DNA of 64,000 nt from Guillardia theta CCMP2712 (taxonomy: Eukaryota > Protista > Cryptophyta). The stretch is from positions 194,270-258,269 of the forward strand of contig NW_005434640.1 in the NCBI RefSeq assembly GCF_000315625.1, written 5' to 3'. How positions within the stretch are numbered: position 1 is the stretch's first letter; each line of letters begins with the position of its first letter. The position numbers and the translations under genes were made by a program. Shown one piece after another: positions 11,178-24,090 of the stretch. A model generated the notes under the pieces. That model had not been told where the DNA came from. It ran no database searches and saw only the letters and a list, made by a program, of their open reading frames with translations.

Positions 11178-14100
11178 ATGACAGACAGGGCAAGGACTAT
11201 GGCAGTGGCGCTCGCGGCAGCCATGGCGATGCTGCTGGTAGGAGGAGGAGAAGCATCGGCAGGGAAGGCAGGAGGGACAAGGTGAGAGGATGGAGGCGCC
11301 GCAGCGAAGGCTCGCAGAGCATGACAATGGTGGGCAGGTCTAGAGGAGAAAGTTTCAAGGAGGACCTCGTTCTGCGCCCGCTGGCGGATGGAAACGTCAT
11401 GACCCACTTCGTCTTCCGGACAACATGCGCCGTTCCTGACAGCCTCCTGCTGCCCAGGGGACGAGGAGGGCAGAGGAAGGCGCGCCTGGACCCGCTCCAC
11501 CTGAACATGTTCCCCAAGGTGATCGCGGAGATCGTGAGGATGTACGGGGTAGGAGAGGTCCACCTGAGCTTCTCGCGCGGGAGATGGCAGACAGAGCGAT
11601 GGTCGCATCCTCCCGTCGCCGCCCCGCAAGGAGTGGAGCTCCGAGCATGGTTCCTGCCGACGGAGGGGCTGAAGGAGGCGTGGAAGGGGATCACCCATGC
11701 TCTTTCCGGGCTGTTCGGCGCGTCCATCAACTTCCTTGAGCCAGCGACGAAACACATCCACCCGCAGAAGTGAGAGCTCGACTTGGAGGAGGGGGTTAGG
11801 GGATAAGGGGGATAGGAGGAGCAGGAGCAGAAGCAGGACGAGGGGAGAGGAAGAGCCGAGGTGGCGAGGAGGAAGGCAGAAGGAGAGGAGGAGGGGACGG
11901 AGGGGGAGGATAAATATGTTCCAGGACATTCCATTCCCGCTCAGCTCTCATCAACTCCATCTGGAACGGCTCTCCTCCTCCCTCTCACCTCTTCTACGGA
12001 GCTCTGCCGCGAGAAGTGGCATGCACGGTGACCAGCTCGTGAACGAGCTGCTCCTCCGCCTCCCCCCGCTGATGGGAGTCCTGCAGGAGAACCTGACCCC
12101 ATGGATGAAGCTGCTGCCTTGCCGGCATGCTTCTGGCCTCTCCGCCCTGCTCCAGGTGAGGAGGAGGAGGAAGAGGAGGAGGAGGAGATACATAGATCGA
12201 GAGAGACGGAGACAGAGACGGAGACAGAGACAGAGAGGGAGAGAGAGGGAGAGAGAGAGAGCGGAAGGTGGTGTTGGTGGTGGTGGTGGGGTCGACGCGG
12301 CATGACTGTGTCTGCGCGCAGCCCAAGAGGGATTGCGGAGGGCTTTACAGCAGTTACACTCTGCACTTGGCCATCCAATGCGAGAGGGTGGAGGATGGGA
12401 GTTGCCGTCCTGGAAGCTACTTCATCGAACTTATCCAGGTCTTCTTCCTCCCTCCCTCCCTCCCTCCCTCCCTCCCTCCCTCCCTCCCTCCCTCCCTATC
12501 TACCTAAATTCCTCCCGCTTTTTCTTCTCCCCAGTCTAATCTTTCTCCTTGTTTCTCCTCCTTGTTTCTCCTCCTTGCTCTCGCCCTCCTCGTTCTTCTG
12601 CTCGTTTTTCTCCACACACCCCGGCCTCGTCCTCCTCCTCGGATTCCTCCATTCCCCATCCATATCGTTTCATATCATCATCCATCATTTCACCCGCTGG
12701 ATTTCTTTTGCTCGCGTTCTTTCCTCTTACTGGGTCTGAGCGCAGACGGCGACTGGTGTCAGCAACACCATCACACTGGGCGACAACTCAATCTACAAGA
12801 CAGTCTCGGTCAGTCAAAACTTGTTCTTCATCGTCATCACATGCCGTTTGTTGATCGTTTGTTATTGTGCAAGACATCTCGTTGTTCCACAATGTGTTGC
12901 TTCTCGAACATCAACATATTCGTCTTTCATCACAAGCAAGAGTTTTCTATGTTGAGAACTCTCGCTCTCACCCGCCATCTCCGTCATCAGTCCATCAATT
13001 CCTCACCGTCTTTGCGCAGGCTCGATCGCTTCCTCCAGTATTCCAAGCAAACTTCCAGCTCTCCGACCTCTTGCGTCCTGGTACCTTGATGATGATGTTT
13101 GCAGAACAACCACTGGTGATGACGATGTTTTCTCAGGCGAAGACCTTGAAGCGTGTACCCTAGCATCAGAGTCTTGGATTCATATCCATCAGCCTTCCTT
13201 CCTCCAAGAAGGAAAAAGTCTTCACGTGAGCACCGTGGGGGACTTCGAGGGAGAGGTAAGGCAGAATGACAACGCCGCTCCTGTCTCGTGATGTTGCCCT
13301 TTACAGCTCAAGCAAAGGCATGCAGACGATGATGCCTCGACTTCATTCAGATTGTCACACTTGCAATCCTCTCAACGACGAGACGTGCAGGTCAGCAAGT
13401 CTTCTCCTCCACGCTTCTCCCGCCATGCCATGTCGCTACCCTCCTGACTCTCCTTGTCTTGCAGATCCGTTGGGCACTGATGCAGACTAGTCCGCTGGTA
13501 GCTGGAGGAGGAGGCAGTTGGATCTCGCTGTCCAGATACGTGACGGGGCATGCGACAGCGAGAGTGAGAGGCTTCGATCCTGCCGCGAGTGTCAAACGCT
13601 GACAGCATCTGATGCTGTGAGCAGTCAGGGCTGGTCCTGGACATCACCAACTCCCATCGCCATCAAAACATCTCACTGCATGTGTTGGATCATTTCCCTT
13701 GGTTTGTTCGAGCATACCTCCATCTCCTGCACGTCTTCGTCGATGGAGTTGAGGTCATTTATATGTAGACCTTGACATGTTCCTCATTCTTGTCATCGCT
13801 GTAATGTTCATGTCAGCCTGTGCTCACCTTGTTTCCTTCTCCTCCTTTCTACATTCTTGATCATTTTATCTTTCCATGCTCATCCTCTTTCTATCCTCTC
13901 TTCCTGCCCCTTTCTTCTTCTTGTTGTTCTTGTTCTGATTTCTCGCCGCATCAGAAATCGATCGATCACGCTCTCAACATTCAGAATGTGGAGCTTGCGA
14001 GGATACGACAGGGAATGACGATGCTGGAGTAAGTACTAAATACCATTTGACTTAGTGTTTTCTTCTCCCCCCCCCTCCCCCCTCCCCTTCCCCCCCTCCC

Positions 14101-15027
14101 CCCTCCACATCCTCTCCTCTCTCCGTGATCTTTCACATCCTCTATCCTCTTCTCCCTCCTCTCCTCACTTCCCTCGCTCAGGTACAACCTCACAGTGCCT
14201 GCTTCCTCCACCTGCCGCGTCGTCCTCGAGTTCCAGAAGGCTTACCTCACCATCGACGAGTTCCCCCCGGACTGCGAACAGAGGATTCGACCTTCCTCCC
14301 CCCGCCGTGTCTTACATCCTACCTCCCTCCTCCTCCTCCTCCTCCTCCTCCTCCTCCTCCCTTCATGCAGTGGAGCAAATCACACCAGAATGCGAAAGTC
14401 TGTCGGGGGGAGAAGAAGGGGAGGGAGTCATTTGTGTGCACAAGAACTTGCTGCATTCCTGCGTTGACTTGGAGGAAGAGTTCATGTTCCACAGTCTCGC
14501 ACCATCTTGGAAAGATGAGGAGGTACTTGGACGCTTCTTCTCCTGTGCTTGTTGAGTCGCCCGTACCTCTCCCTCCATTCATTCTCCTCTTCCTCCTCCA
14601 TCACCACCACTCCTCCTCCTCCTCCTCNNNNNNNNNNNNNNNNNNNNNNNNNNNNNNNNNNNNNNNNNNNNNNNNNNNNNNNNNNNNNNNNNNNNNNNNN
14701 NNNNNNNNNNNNNNNNNNNNNNNNNNNACAACTCCTCCTTCTCGTCCTCTCCTCCCCTCTCGCGTCCTCTCCTCCTCCTCCTCCTCCTCCTCCTCCTCCT
14801 CCTCCTCCTCCTCCTCCCTTTCCGTCTTCGTCTTTAACCTCGTCCTTCGCTAACTTTATCGTGCTGTGCTTCTTTCTGTATTTTCCTTCCCTTCCCCCTC
14901 CCCCCTCCTCCCTCCCCTCAATCCCTTGCCGCGTTCTCGCTTCCTCCAGCTGTTCCTCCTCCTTCATTCCCCTCCTGCTCTGCTTTCTTCTTGTACATCC
15001 GCACCATCCCTCTTCTCTCCTCTTCCT

Positions 15028-15073
<46 letters not shown>

Positions 15074-15517
15074 CTTCCTTCCCTTCCTCGCTCCTAGCTT
15101 TCTGTTCCGCTCGCTCCTCTGGGCCTCTGACTTGTTCTAGCGTCTTCAACCTCCTGACCAGGAAACTGAGACCAATCGCAAAGAAAGCGGTAACCTCCTC
15201 CTCGTTCTCCTCCCTCAGCTGCTCTTCTTCCTCCAGTAGCCCCTGCTCCTGCTCCTCCTCTTCCGCCGCCTGCTCGTCTTCTGCCTCCTGCTCCTGCTCC
15301 TGCTCCTGCTCCCTCCTGCTCCTTATTCTCCCCCCCTTCATCGTGGTGCTGTCCTTGCCTGACACGTTCTCCCCTCCTTTCCTGAGGATTCTGAGAGTTA
15401 TGGCAGGAGGAAGAAAACAAGAAGGGCTTCCTCTCAAGACTCTTTGCCAAGAACAAGAAGGAGGATGCCTCTACCGAAGTGAAGGAGGAGGAAGAGGAGA
15501 AGGAGAAGCAGACATGA
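11178..15517 (+). CDS. PIGT: GPI transamidase component PIG-T/Gpi16, multi-exon (spans a gap)
   Basis: Signal peptide. Motifs ESFKEDLVLRPLADGNVMTHF, HLSFSRGRW, AWKGITHALSGLFGASINFL, ENLTPWMKLLPC, FQKAYLTIDEFPPD-ANRGFDLP and VFNLLTRK. Predicted last exon ends KEKQT* (KxKxx ER-retrieval-like). Confidence 0.9.
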
Positions 15518-15525
15518 TATGACAT

Positions 15526-15724
15526 GATGAATAGAAGTTGATATCTACATGATACGATGAATAGAAGTAGTTGACATCTACAGGATATGATGAATAGAAG
15601 TTGATATCTACATGATATGATGAATAGAAGTTGATATCTACATGATACGATGAATAGAAGTTGATATCTACAGGATATGATGAATAGAAGTTGATATCTA
15701 CATGATATGATGAATAGAAGTTGA
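15526..15724. repeat. 30-bp minisatellite, about 6.5 copies, with higher-order ABC-ABC structure
   Basis: Unit gatgaatagaagttgatatctaca(t/g)gata(c/t). One copy has a 3-nt insertion. No spacers. Confidence 0.95.
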
Positions 15725-16020
15725 AGGGAACAAAGAGATCAAAGGGATGGAGGTAGCGGAGGGAAAGAGAGCAAGACAAAGAAATGAAGGCAGGTCTCAC
15801 AGGATAACAGAAGGAAGAGGGAGAATTTGAGACTGAGAAACGGAGAACGTCGTGATAGGACCAAGAGTCCTCTACCCCCGCTGTCCTCCTCTTCTCTCCT
15901 CTCCTCTCTCCTCTCCTCTCCTCTCCTCTCCTCTCCTCTCCTCTCCTCTCCTCTCCTCTCCTCTCCTCCCCCTGTTCAACTCATCAAGACATTCATTCTA
16001 CATGTATCACCTCACATCTT

Positions 16021-19000
16021 CTACTCCAAGAGCTCTATCGTGTCAACTTCTCCGAAAGAAACTTCCTTGCTGCTCTCCAGCCCCTCCTCTCTCTTCGCCG
16101 GCGATCCCATCGCCCACGCGTGTCCCGCCCGCTCTCCTTCCCCCTTGCCCGTCTTGCGTAGGTTCGCTCTGACTGTCNNNNNNNNNNNNNNNNNNNNNNN
16201 NNNNNNNNNNNNNNNNNNNNNNNNNNNNNNNNNNNNNNNNNNNNNNNNNNNNNNNNNNNNNNNNNNNNNNNNNNNNNCTCTCCACCCGCTTCATCCTCTT
16301 CACTTCTTACCTTTTCTTGTCTTCCTTGGAAGACAAATCCCAATCTGATCCAAGACTGTCCTCCTCCTCCTCCATCGCCTCCTTCTTAGTCTTCTCCTTC
16401 TCCTTCTCCTTCTCCTTCTCCTTCTCCTTCTCCTTCTCCTTCTCCTTCTCCTTCTCCTTCTCCTTCTCCTTCTCCTTCTCCTTCTCCTTCTCCCCCGCTT
16501 CGATCGGTCGAGGATCTGACTCAGGCCCTTCAGTTCATCTTCGGTCTGACCTCCGAGCAGCAGCGCCTGCGAGGGGTGGGAAATCTCCGACAGCTCCATC
16601 GACTTCTCGTTGCGAGTTGAAGTTGGCGTGGAGAGGAGCGAGGTAGGAAGAGACGGAGGCTCGCTAGCATCTTCCTCCACATCCTCCGCCTCCTTCCTCC
16701 GTTCCTCCTTCCCCTTCTCCTCGTCTTCCAGGTCTTCCACGTTGAGGCTGGGCCGGAGCGAGTCCCTGAAGACAGTCGCTTTCTTCTCCTTCTCCCCCTC
16801 CTTCTTCCCTTCCCCCTCCTCCTCCTCCTCCACAGGTTTTGGGGTAGCGGGTGCAACCAGCTCTTCCTCCTTCCTCGTCGCCTCGGGCTTCTCCTCGTCA
16901 GCACGTTTGACTTGATTCCCCTCCTGCTCCACTTTCCCAAGCGACGTCTCATGCTCCCTCCTTCCAGCAGCAGGCACCTCCCTCTCCTCTCTTGACTTTG
17001 CGGCAGCTCCTGCTCCTCCTGCTCCTCCCCCTCCTCCTGCTCCTCCTCCTTGCTCTTGCAGGTCAAGGAGGAGCTGTTCCACCTTCTCTTCGATCTCCTC
17101 CCTCAGCTTCGTCTGCTTCTTGTACTCCTCCTCCTCCAGCCCCTCCTGGCTCGTCTTCGCCCCCAGCAGGTCCTCCCTCACCAGCCCCAGCAGCTTTCTC
17201 AGCTCCTCGTCCGGTAGGATTTCTTTGCCCAGCCGTCGAGACATTGCAAACTGACGGCCGAGGGAGTTTTCAAAGTAGTCATTCAGCTTCAGCTGGATCT
17301 CCGTCCTCTTGTGCTTGACAATCCCCGCGTCATGCATGAACCTCCCCCGGTACGCTCCCTCTTCGAATCGCCCAGCACGACCTCAGCTGCTTGAGCATGC
17401 TTCCCATGTCTCTCGTCTCTGCGCTTTGTCGCCTCCTCGTCCTTCCTCTCTGCTTCGATCGCCTGCTTCGACTTCACGGCCCCGGTAAGGTCCAAACTTC
17501 CAACCTCCATGTCACTCCCCGAGTCTTCCTCCCCTGCCTTTTTCACCTTCTCCCTGCCAACCCCTTCCTCCTCCTCCTCCTCCTCCTCCTCCTCGATACT
17601 CTCCTCGATCTCGCTCTCGCTCTCTCCCGTGACATCCGAGTCGTCAGGCTCAATACTCGAGTCGGCTCCTTTCTTCGAGCCCTTCTCCGCATCTTCCTCG
17701 CTGTCTGTGGAGATCCTGCCCACCTGTTGCTGCCCAGCCCTCCCATCCTTGCGCGACGGGGCCTCGGAGACATCCTCCTCCTCCCCGAAGGCCTTCACTT
17801 CCTCCAGGTGACCCTGAGACGCCTCCTGCTCCTTCAGATGCTCGTCGAGGGATGAGAAAAGCTGCGACGCGCTCGCTGGCCTGGACATGGACGGGGCCGT
17901 TGGCACTACCACCTTCCTCTCCTCCTCCTTCCCCTCCTTCCTCGCCTCCTTCTCCTCCACAGAGGTAGCATCGATCACCTCCAGATCCTCCTCCTCCTCC
18001 TCCTGCGCCTTGGATACAACCCGGGGGATCCTGTTGCGACGGAGGCCTGAGACCTGCCGTAGCTCTTCGATGCGTTGCAACCTCTTGGATGCTGTCTCGT
18101 CGACTTCACCAGTCGTCTTGCCATCTCCCTCGCTCGAGATTTTCTCCTCCTCCTCCCCTTGCGACTGTCTTCTCGAGTCGCTCTCCATCCCACCGGCCTC
18201 CTTCCCCTCCTTCCCGACCTCTTCTTCAGCTACGCTGCCTCCGTCCTTGCTTCTGGGTGGGGAGGAGGACGGTAGCGTCGTCGTAGCTGCTGCTGAGGAA
18301 GAGATTTGACGATGCCGATTGTTGACAGGCGGGGATGGTCTCAAGTGTTCATGCTCCACGTCCCGTCCAGCCCCAGCAGCAGCTAGCTCTCCTCCGACTG
18401 CACCTCCCCCTCCAACCGCCTTCTTGTCACCAACAGCCTCTGACGTTGCTGTCGATCTGTCCGGCTTCTTCACTTGGCCGGTGTCCCGATCCTGTGAAGC
18501 AGAGAGAGAGAGAGTTTCCACCGACTCCTCTAAGATGCTGATGCTCTTGTCTTGACTCCTTCCCTTGTCACCCTCTTGCATCTTGGGTGGAGACTGTCTT
18601 GTTGCGATGGCTGGCACCTTGTCATGTTCATCATCCGAGATAGCAGGATGCCTCCTCCTCCGAGAAACTCTCTCCTTCCTGTCCTCCTCTTCCACTCTCG
18701 GCTTCTCCTCTTCCCGGATCGATTGAGCCTCCGTCTGGACGAACTTGGACTCGCGGGGGATCAAAACTTCCTTCTCCTCCCTCAACTTTTCGTGCCCTGC
18801 CTTGAGATCTCTCACTTGCTTCATCGCATCGTTCAGGCGCGAAACGAGCTCCTCCTCAACCTCCTTCTTGTACGCCAGCTGAGACTTGACTTCGCTCAAA
18901 TTCTCGCTCATGGTCTCATTCTCCTTGGTGACCGCTGAGATCTCTTCTCGCAGCTTCGAGACATCTCTTTGCAACTCTTTGCATTTTGCACATTCACCCA

Positions 19001-21013
19001 CGTCGGTCTTCGACACCAGCTGAGACCTGAGACCCTTCAACTCGTTGCTCAAGGACTCTTTGCTGTCAGTCATCGCAATCAGCTCTTGTTCCAGCTTCGA
19101 GACTTTGTGTTGAAACTCCTTGCACTTGGCACATTCCTTGATTTCAGGCGTCTTATGCTGTTCTAGCTTCGACCTTAACTCTTCAACCTCTTGCTTCAAT
19201 CGAAAAATTTCCTCTTCCAGCCTCTTCTTGTCGTTCTCTGCGGCAGAAACCTCTCGCCTCAAGCTGCTCACCAAGGCACTGGAGTCTTGGGTGCCTCTGC
19301 TCTCAGCTTCATCCTTTCTTCTCAGCTTGTTCTCAAGGTCCATCACTTCCAGCTCGCTCTTTGACAACCTCGACTTCATCGTCTGCAACTGCTGGTCAAG
19401 CACGGCATACTCTTCCATCTTTCCCTTGAGCTTCTCCTCCAGCTCTTCAGTGACTGACTTCTGCTCCAGCAGGGCCTCCATGCCTCCCATCGACAGCGAC
19501 GTCTGACTCATCTTTGTCGCCTGACTCTTCTCGTCCCTGTCAAAGAATTCCTCCAGATCGCTCGGGTCTACAATAGCAAGAAGCCTCTCCATCAGCTGAT
19601 GAGACCGCAAGGTGCTCTGGGAAGTGCGACTGAAGTTTGAGGCAGAGCCCCTCAAGCTCTTCTGCCCTCCTCCTTCCTCCTCGCTGTCGTCGTCTTCCAG
19701 CCTTCCCGCTCTTGTCAAATTGCCGTTGGTGACAACCTGGTTGGAGCTCAGCAGGTTCCTGATGGCAATCACATGCTCCGCTCGCTCTCGGTCGAGCTCG
19801 AGCTGAATCATCCTGCACCTGTCATCCGCGATCTCCTTGACCTTCTCCACCTCAGCTCTCTGCAAGCTCTTCAGGTTCTCCTGCTTCTCTCTCTCGAACT
19901 CAACAGCATTTTCCAGCTTGGCAATCTTCTCTTTCAGCTCAAGGTTCGCCTTGAGCGCATTGTTCAACTCCACCTGAATGTCGTTTGTTCGCTCCTGTGA
20001 CTTGGCGAGGTCTGCTTGAACTCCCTCCAGCATGCTCCTGTACTTGTTGACCTGCCTCTGCAGGCTCTCGGGAGTGGAATCCTCTTGCATTTGACTCCAA
20101 GCATCGCTTCCCTTGCTCAGAGGAGAGGGGATCTTATATATCCGGTTCTCGTAGAAATCCCACTCGGTCTCTGCGTACCTCTTCTTGATGTGAGCTAGAG
20201 CATAATCCTTGGTGATGAAGACTTTCCCATCGTGGCACTTGAAGAGTTCCTTCGGTGTGACAGCATTCTCAGAGCTGCTGCAACCTCGTCACAGGGCTCA
20301 AGGCACAGCACTGCCTTACCTCCAAGACGACAAAGTCTCGTAGGACTTGAGCTTCTTCTTCTGAGCTGGGAGGACAGGAGGGGTCAACAGGCCTCACAGC
20401 ATTTGCATTGCTGGCTACCAGAGAGCTTCTTCAGCGCCACCTTGAGCTCCGAACGGGCTGAGTCCCTGTCGTGCTTCCACCTGCATGACCATCGTGACTA
20501 GGCCATCGGAATGCAATGCGCAGCGCGTCAAAACCTTTTCGAGTCTTCGATCGCCGAGCTTCGCTGCTCTTCGAGGATGTCCTGACTGTACAGCACGTAC
20601 TCCAGGCAGAGCTGTGAGATGCGCGCGAGCTTGATGAGGTTGGCGTCGGCAAGGGAACGAACTCCCTCGCCCTGGAGGTCAGCGAAGGTGATGTTCTCTA
20701 TCACCGACTGAAGGACCTGGACGTCTCCCTTGCGCTCGATGCTGTCAGGATCAACAGCAGCCAGCAGTCTCCAGTCGACTCGGGCGAATCGCTGCTGGAA
20801 CTTGAAGGACTTGCGCGCGCTAGGTTGTGGCCGGGTCTTCTCTTCCGAGCCTTCTACCCATGCCTCTATCCTCTTAAACTTTTCATCTTGCTCGTGATCA
20901 TCCCGTCTCCTAGGATATCCTCTCCTTCCTCCCCCTCCCCTTCCGCTGACTCCTCCTCCTCCTCCTCCTCCGTCGTCTCTTTCCCCTCCCGCCATCCCGA
21001 CTATCGCAGCCAT
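16021..21013 (-). CDS. DZIP1: DZIP1/Iguana-like basal-body coiled-coil protein, multi-exon (3' end approximate, spans a gap)
   Basis: N-terminal Dzip-like motif FKFQQRFARVDWRLLAAVDPDSIERKGDVQVLQSVIENITF...KLARISQLCLEYVLYSQ. It is followed by a degenerate C2H2 finger, a long coiled coil and an acidic tail (ORFs 17289-20090 and 16300-17337). Confidence 0.8.
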
Positions 21014-21278
21014 CCCGACGGGCCCAAACACAAAAAAAAAGTGATAAAGAGTGCAAACAAAAAGAACTGTAAAATTAAAAAAACAATTCTTTAATCGGGA
21101 AAACGCCCGCCTCAGAGAAGACAGTGATTTCCACCCCACCCCCTATTATCCCAAAAAAGTACACATCCAGGAGTGGTCCTTCACCACTCTACCCCCCAAA
21201 TCCCCAGCACTACCCCCGAATTCTCCGTAAGAGTTGGGAGTGGCTGGGCAGAGTTCTATTTCGGGCGCGATTGAAGGC

Positions 21279-22374
21279 ATGGCAGAGAGCTACGGTGCCG
21301 CTGCGCCGATGGCGTCGATGGTTCTTGCGGACAAGCAGAAACGCAGAACGCTTCTCAAGGTTTCTGTGTTCATCACCGCTACCATCGTTGCGGTTGCATG
21401 CGGAGTACTTCTCGCCATGGAACACCGTGGCAACACTGACAACCAAGGGGCATTGAGCGGCGCGTATTATGCAGTGACCAAGCCTCCTGCGTTCAACTTC
21501 AACAGTAAGTTTGCTTGTTGATGAACATCAGAGAGAAATTTTCATGTGATCTGTCATGTTTGTGCCTCTGGTGCTACAGTTTTTCTCACATTGATCCCAA
21601 ATTTTTGGGTGTGCTTTAAATTTGTCTGCACGTCGTCGGTTGAATTCCATTGTAGTTTCCTTCGCATTTGTGTATTTTTCTTGTGCATGTGCGTTCTGAA
21701 TTTGAATTATGGTGGAATCATGGCATATACATGTGTTTTATCTATAGTTTCTGATTCGTGTATCAGGGTTCATTAGAAACGCATGGTTTTATACCGGGAG
21801 GAGTAGTGATGGGCAAGAGGAAGGCTTCATCGAGAAGCTTGCACGAAAACACCACTACAAGCTCCAGATTCATCACTTGCAGTCATTCAAGGACAATGAG
21901 TTTCGTGCGGCCCTGTTCTCTGAGAACATTCACTGCATTGTCTTCCCTCCCCTGATTCACTTTCCTGGAGTTTCTGAGCTGGCGAAGAAGGACCTCAGAG
22001 GATATGTCTCAGCAGGAAACAACGTTGTCTTCATCGGAAGCTACGAGTGGTTGAGTGTCATGAACGACGTCTTTGGCTTCCAGCTCATGTCCGACTACAA
22101 GGATGGTCCCTACTACAGGAACGACCGCAACGTCCGTGGAACTCCCTTCCAGTGGTCCCTCTCTCGCCTAGAGCAGCCGGACGGAAGCATCTACTCCGTC
22201 AAGGTCGACTCGATCCCCATGGATGGCAAGTGCATGTTCGACACCATGGGTGCTTGCGTCGTGTTCTATGTCAAGTACAACCTGGGTACAGTATGCTACA
22301 TCGCCTTCGATTATGATACTCCATACGGCATTGGACATTGGGATCAGATTTTGCATGCTGCTATGATGATGTAA
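21279..22374 (+). CDS. Hypothetical type II membrane/secreted protein, multi-exon
   Basis: N-terminal TM VSVFITATIVAVACGVLLAM after a basic stretch. GT-AG introns. Strongly codon-biased last exon 21883-22374. Confidence 0.7.
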
Positions 22375-22668
22375 GGAAGACAAGCAGCTGTCAGAAGGGA
22401 AAGATTGCCCATTGTCACGCTGCTTCTTCTCGTTGGTTTGTGATGTTATAAGGATGGAGAAATGGCGTGCTTGCATGGATTGCGGAAAGTTTGCCCTTTG
22501 TACATGCACAGGTATGGTGGAGTTTGGAAATGATTTGTTGAGGGGAAATAAATGGGTTGAAATCAAACAGTGCAAATTGGTTTCATTTATGTCAATTCAA
22601 CACTGCTGCCTCTATCATACACATACCCCGGAAAGAAATTGTAGACTTATTAGAGCTATTCTCTTTCC

Positions 22669-23816
22669 TTAGTCCTTCTTTGTTTTACTCGTCCTCTCCT
22701 TCACATCCTTGTGAAACATCTGCAAAGTCCTCGTCACACTCGAAGTCACTTCACAAAAGACAACAATCCTCTCACCCAAGTTTCTGCCAGACTGCCAAAG
22801 AGCAATGAGAAGATACCGAAGCCGAGATTGACCGTGATCCATCCGCCGAGGCCCTCCCACGTCTGGAAGTCCTTGTTCCAGTCAAGAGGAGGCACTTCCC
22901 CTGATCTGAGGAGAAAGTCAGCTGGTGCGTGAACATGGGTTGTACTACTGACTTGTGTAGAACGCCCGGTGTGTACTTGATGATACAAGCGCCCATGATC
23001 GTTGAAAGAACGGCTACGAACAAGTAAAGTAGGAATCTGGAGTAAACCCTGGGGCTCCCATTCCTGATACAGTGGGCGAAGTCTTTTCGATCGTCCCAGG
23101 CATAAATGATAGTCACCAATACTGAATTGATCACGACGGCTGGGAATGCGAAAACAGCTCCAAATAATAGAAAGAGGTTGAGGAAGGAGAACAGGAAGCT
23201 CAAGCTGCAAAAAACCGACAGAGTCAACTCACTGGAATGCGGCAAGGAGAACCAATGCTTTCAGACAGACTCCGCTACCATACCATCACCCTCATCGAAA
23301 ATTATGTTGACCTTTGCTTCACTCCGTTCTCACTCCTTGTGAGCCATGGATGGGAAAGGCATCGTGACGATATGCCTCTTAACACAGGGAGAGAGGAAAG
23401 AGAAGAAATGTTATGGTAGAGTGAGACAAGAAACGTGGAACTGTGGAAACGATGGACAGACACCACAGATGGAAATCGGAGGGCAAGAATCATGAAAGGC
23501 AGGTGACGAGAAATAAAGATACAGTCACTTGCAACACAGCGAGAGGAAGTGAAAGTACCATGCATAGCAAGACAGAGAAGAGAAAGATACTCACCCGAAG
23601 TTGTAGAAGAATCGTTGTACTACTCGTAACTTGGCAAGGCTGCCCAGAATGAGTCAGCGGCTCTCTGATCATCCTATCACATCCTTGGAGGGATCACCTC
23701 ATGCTCGCCAGGATAAGGATGGAGAAGAAGGCTATCCCAACGGCTACGATCACTCCCGCCATCGCCAGGCTCGACAGCCAGGCCGCCTCCCCCCATGTTA
23801 CCTCCGTCGATGCCAT
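22669..23816 (-). CDS. Hypothetical multi-pass membrane protein, multi-exon
   Basis: MASTEVTWGEAAWLSSLAMAGVIVAVGIAFFSILILA followed by several hydrophobic exons. C-terminus KTKKD* (di-lysine-like). Confidence 0.6.
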
Positions 23817-23859
23817 GACGCAATCTCAATACCCCCACCCACTTCCGAAAGCGGTATAC

Positions 23860-24064
23860 GGGGGGTAGTATAGAAATACGGTGGTAGTTGTCAGGGTAAA
23901 CTTGTGGGTAGGGTAGAATTCTATTGGACTGGGTAGGGTGTATTTTAGAATAGTGGGGTGATGCGGTTTCATTTCATAAAGAAATTTGGAGATGACACAG
24001 GGGTAGGGTACATAAAAATGAGGGGTGGGGTAAGATGGGGGCGATTTCTTGGGGGTGGGGTAGG
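23860..24064 (+). promoter_or_regulatory. Cluster of GGGT(A/G)GGG(TA) motifs upstream of WDR92 (putative promoter element)
   Basis: gggtagggta, ggggtggggta and gggggtggggtagg in an AT-rich divergent intergenic spacer. Confidence 0.45.
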
Positions 24065-24090
24065 TTTGCGTTGGAAGAATCCAGATCGCC

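Noticed and set aside
1-15517. Functional cluster of a GPI-anchored protein with PIG-T
   Set aside because: PIG-T is a housekeeping gene, and two unrelated genes intervene. Proximity alone is not evidence.
15526-15724. CRISPR-like array of ~30-bp repeats
   Set aside because: Units are contiguous with no unique spacers, there are no cas genes, and the context is eukaryotic. It is a minisatellite.
11900-16650. Numerous ORFs with poly-R, poly-S, poly-P, (SF)n and (LLSSP)n
   Set aside because: They are translations of intronic microsatellites or antisense shadows of real exons.
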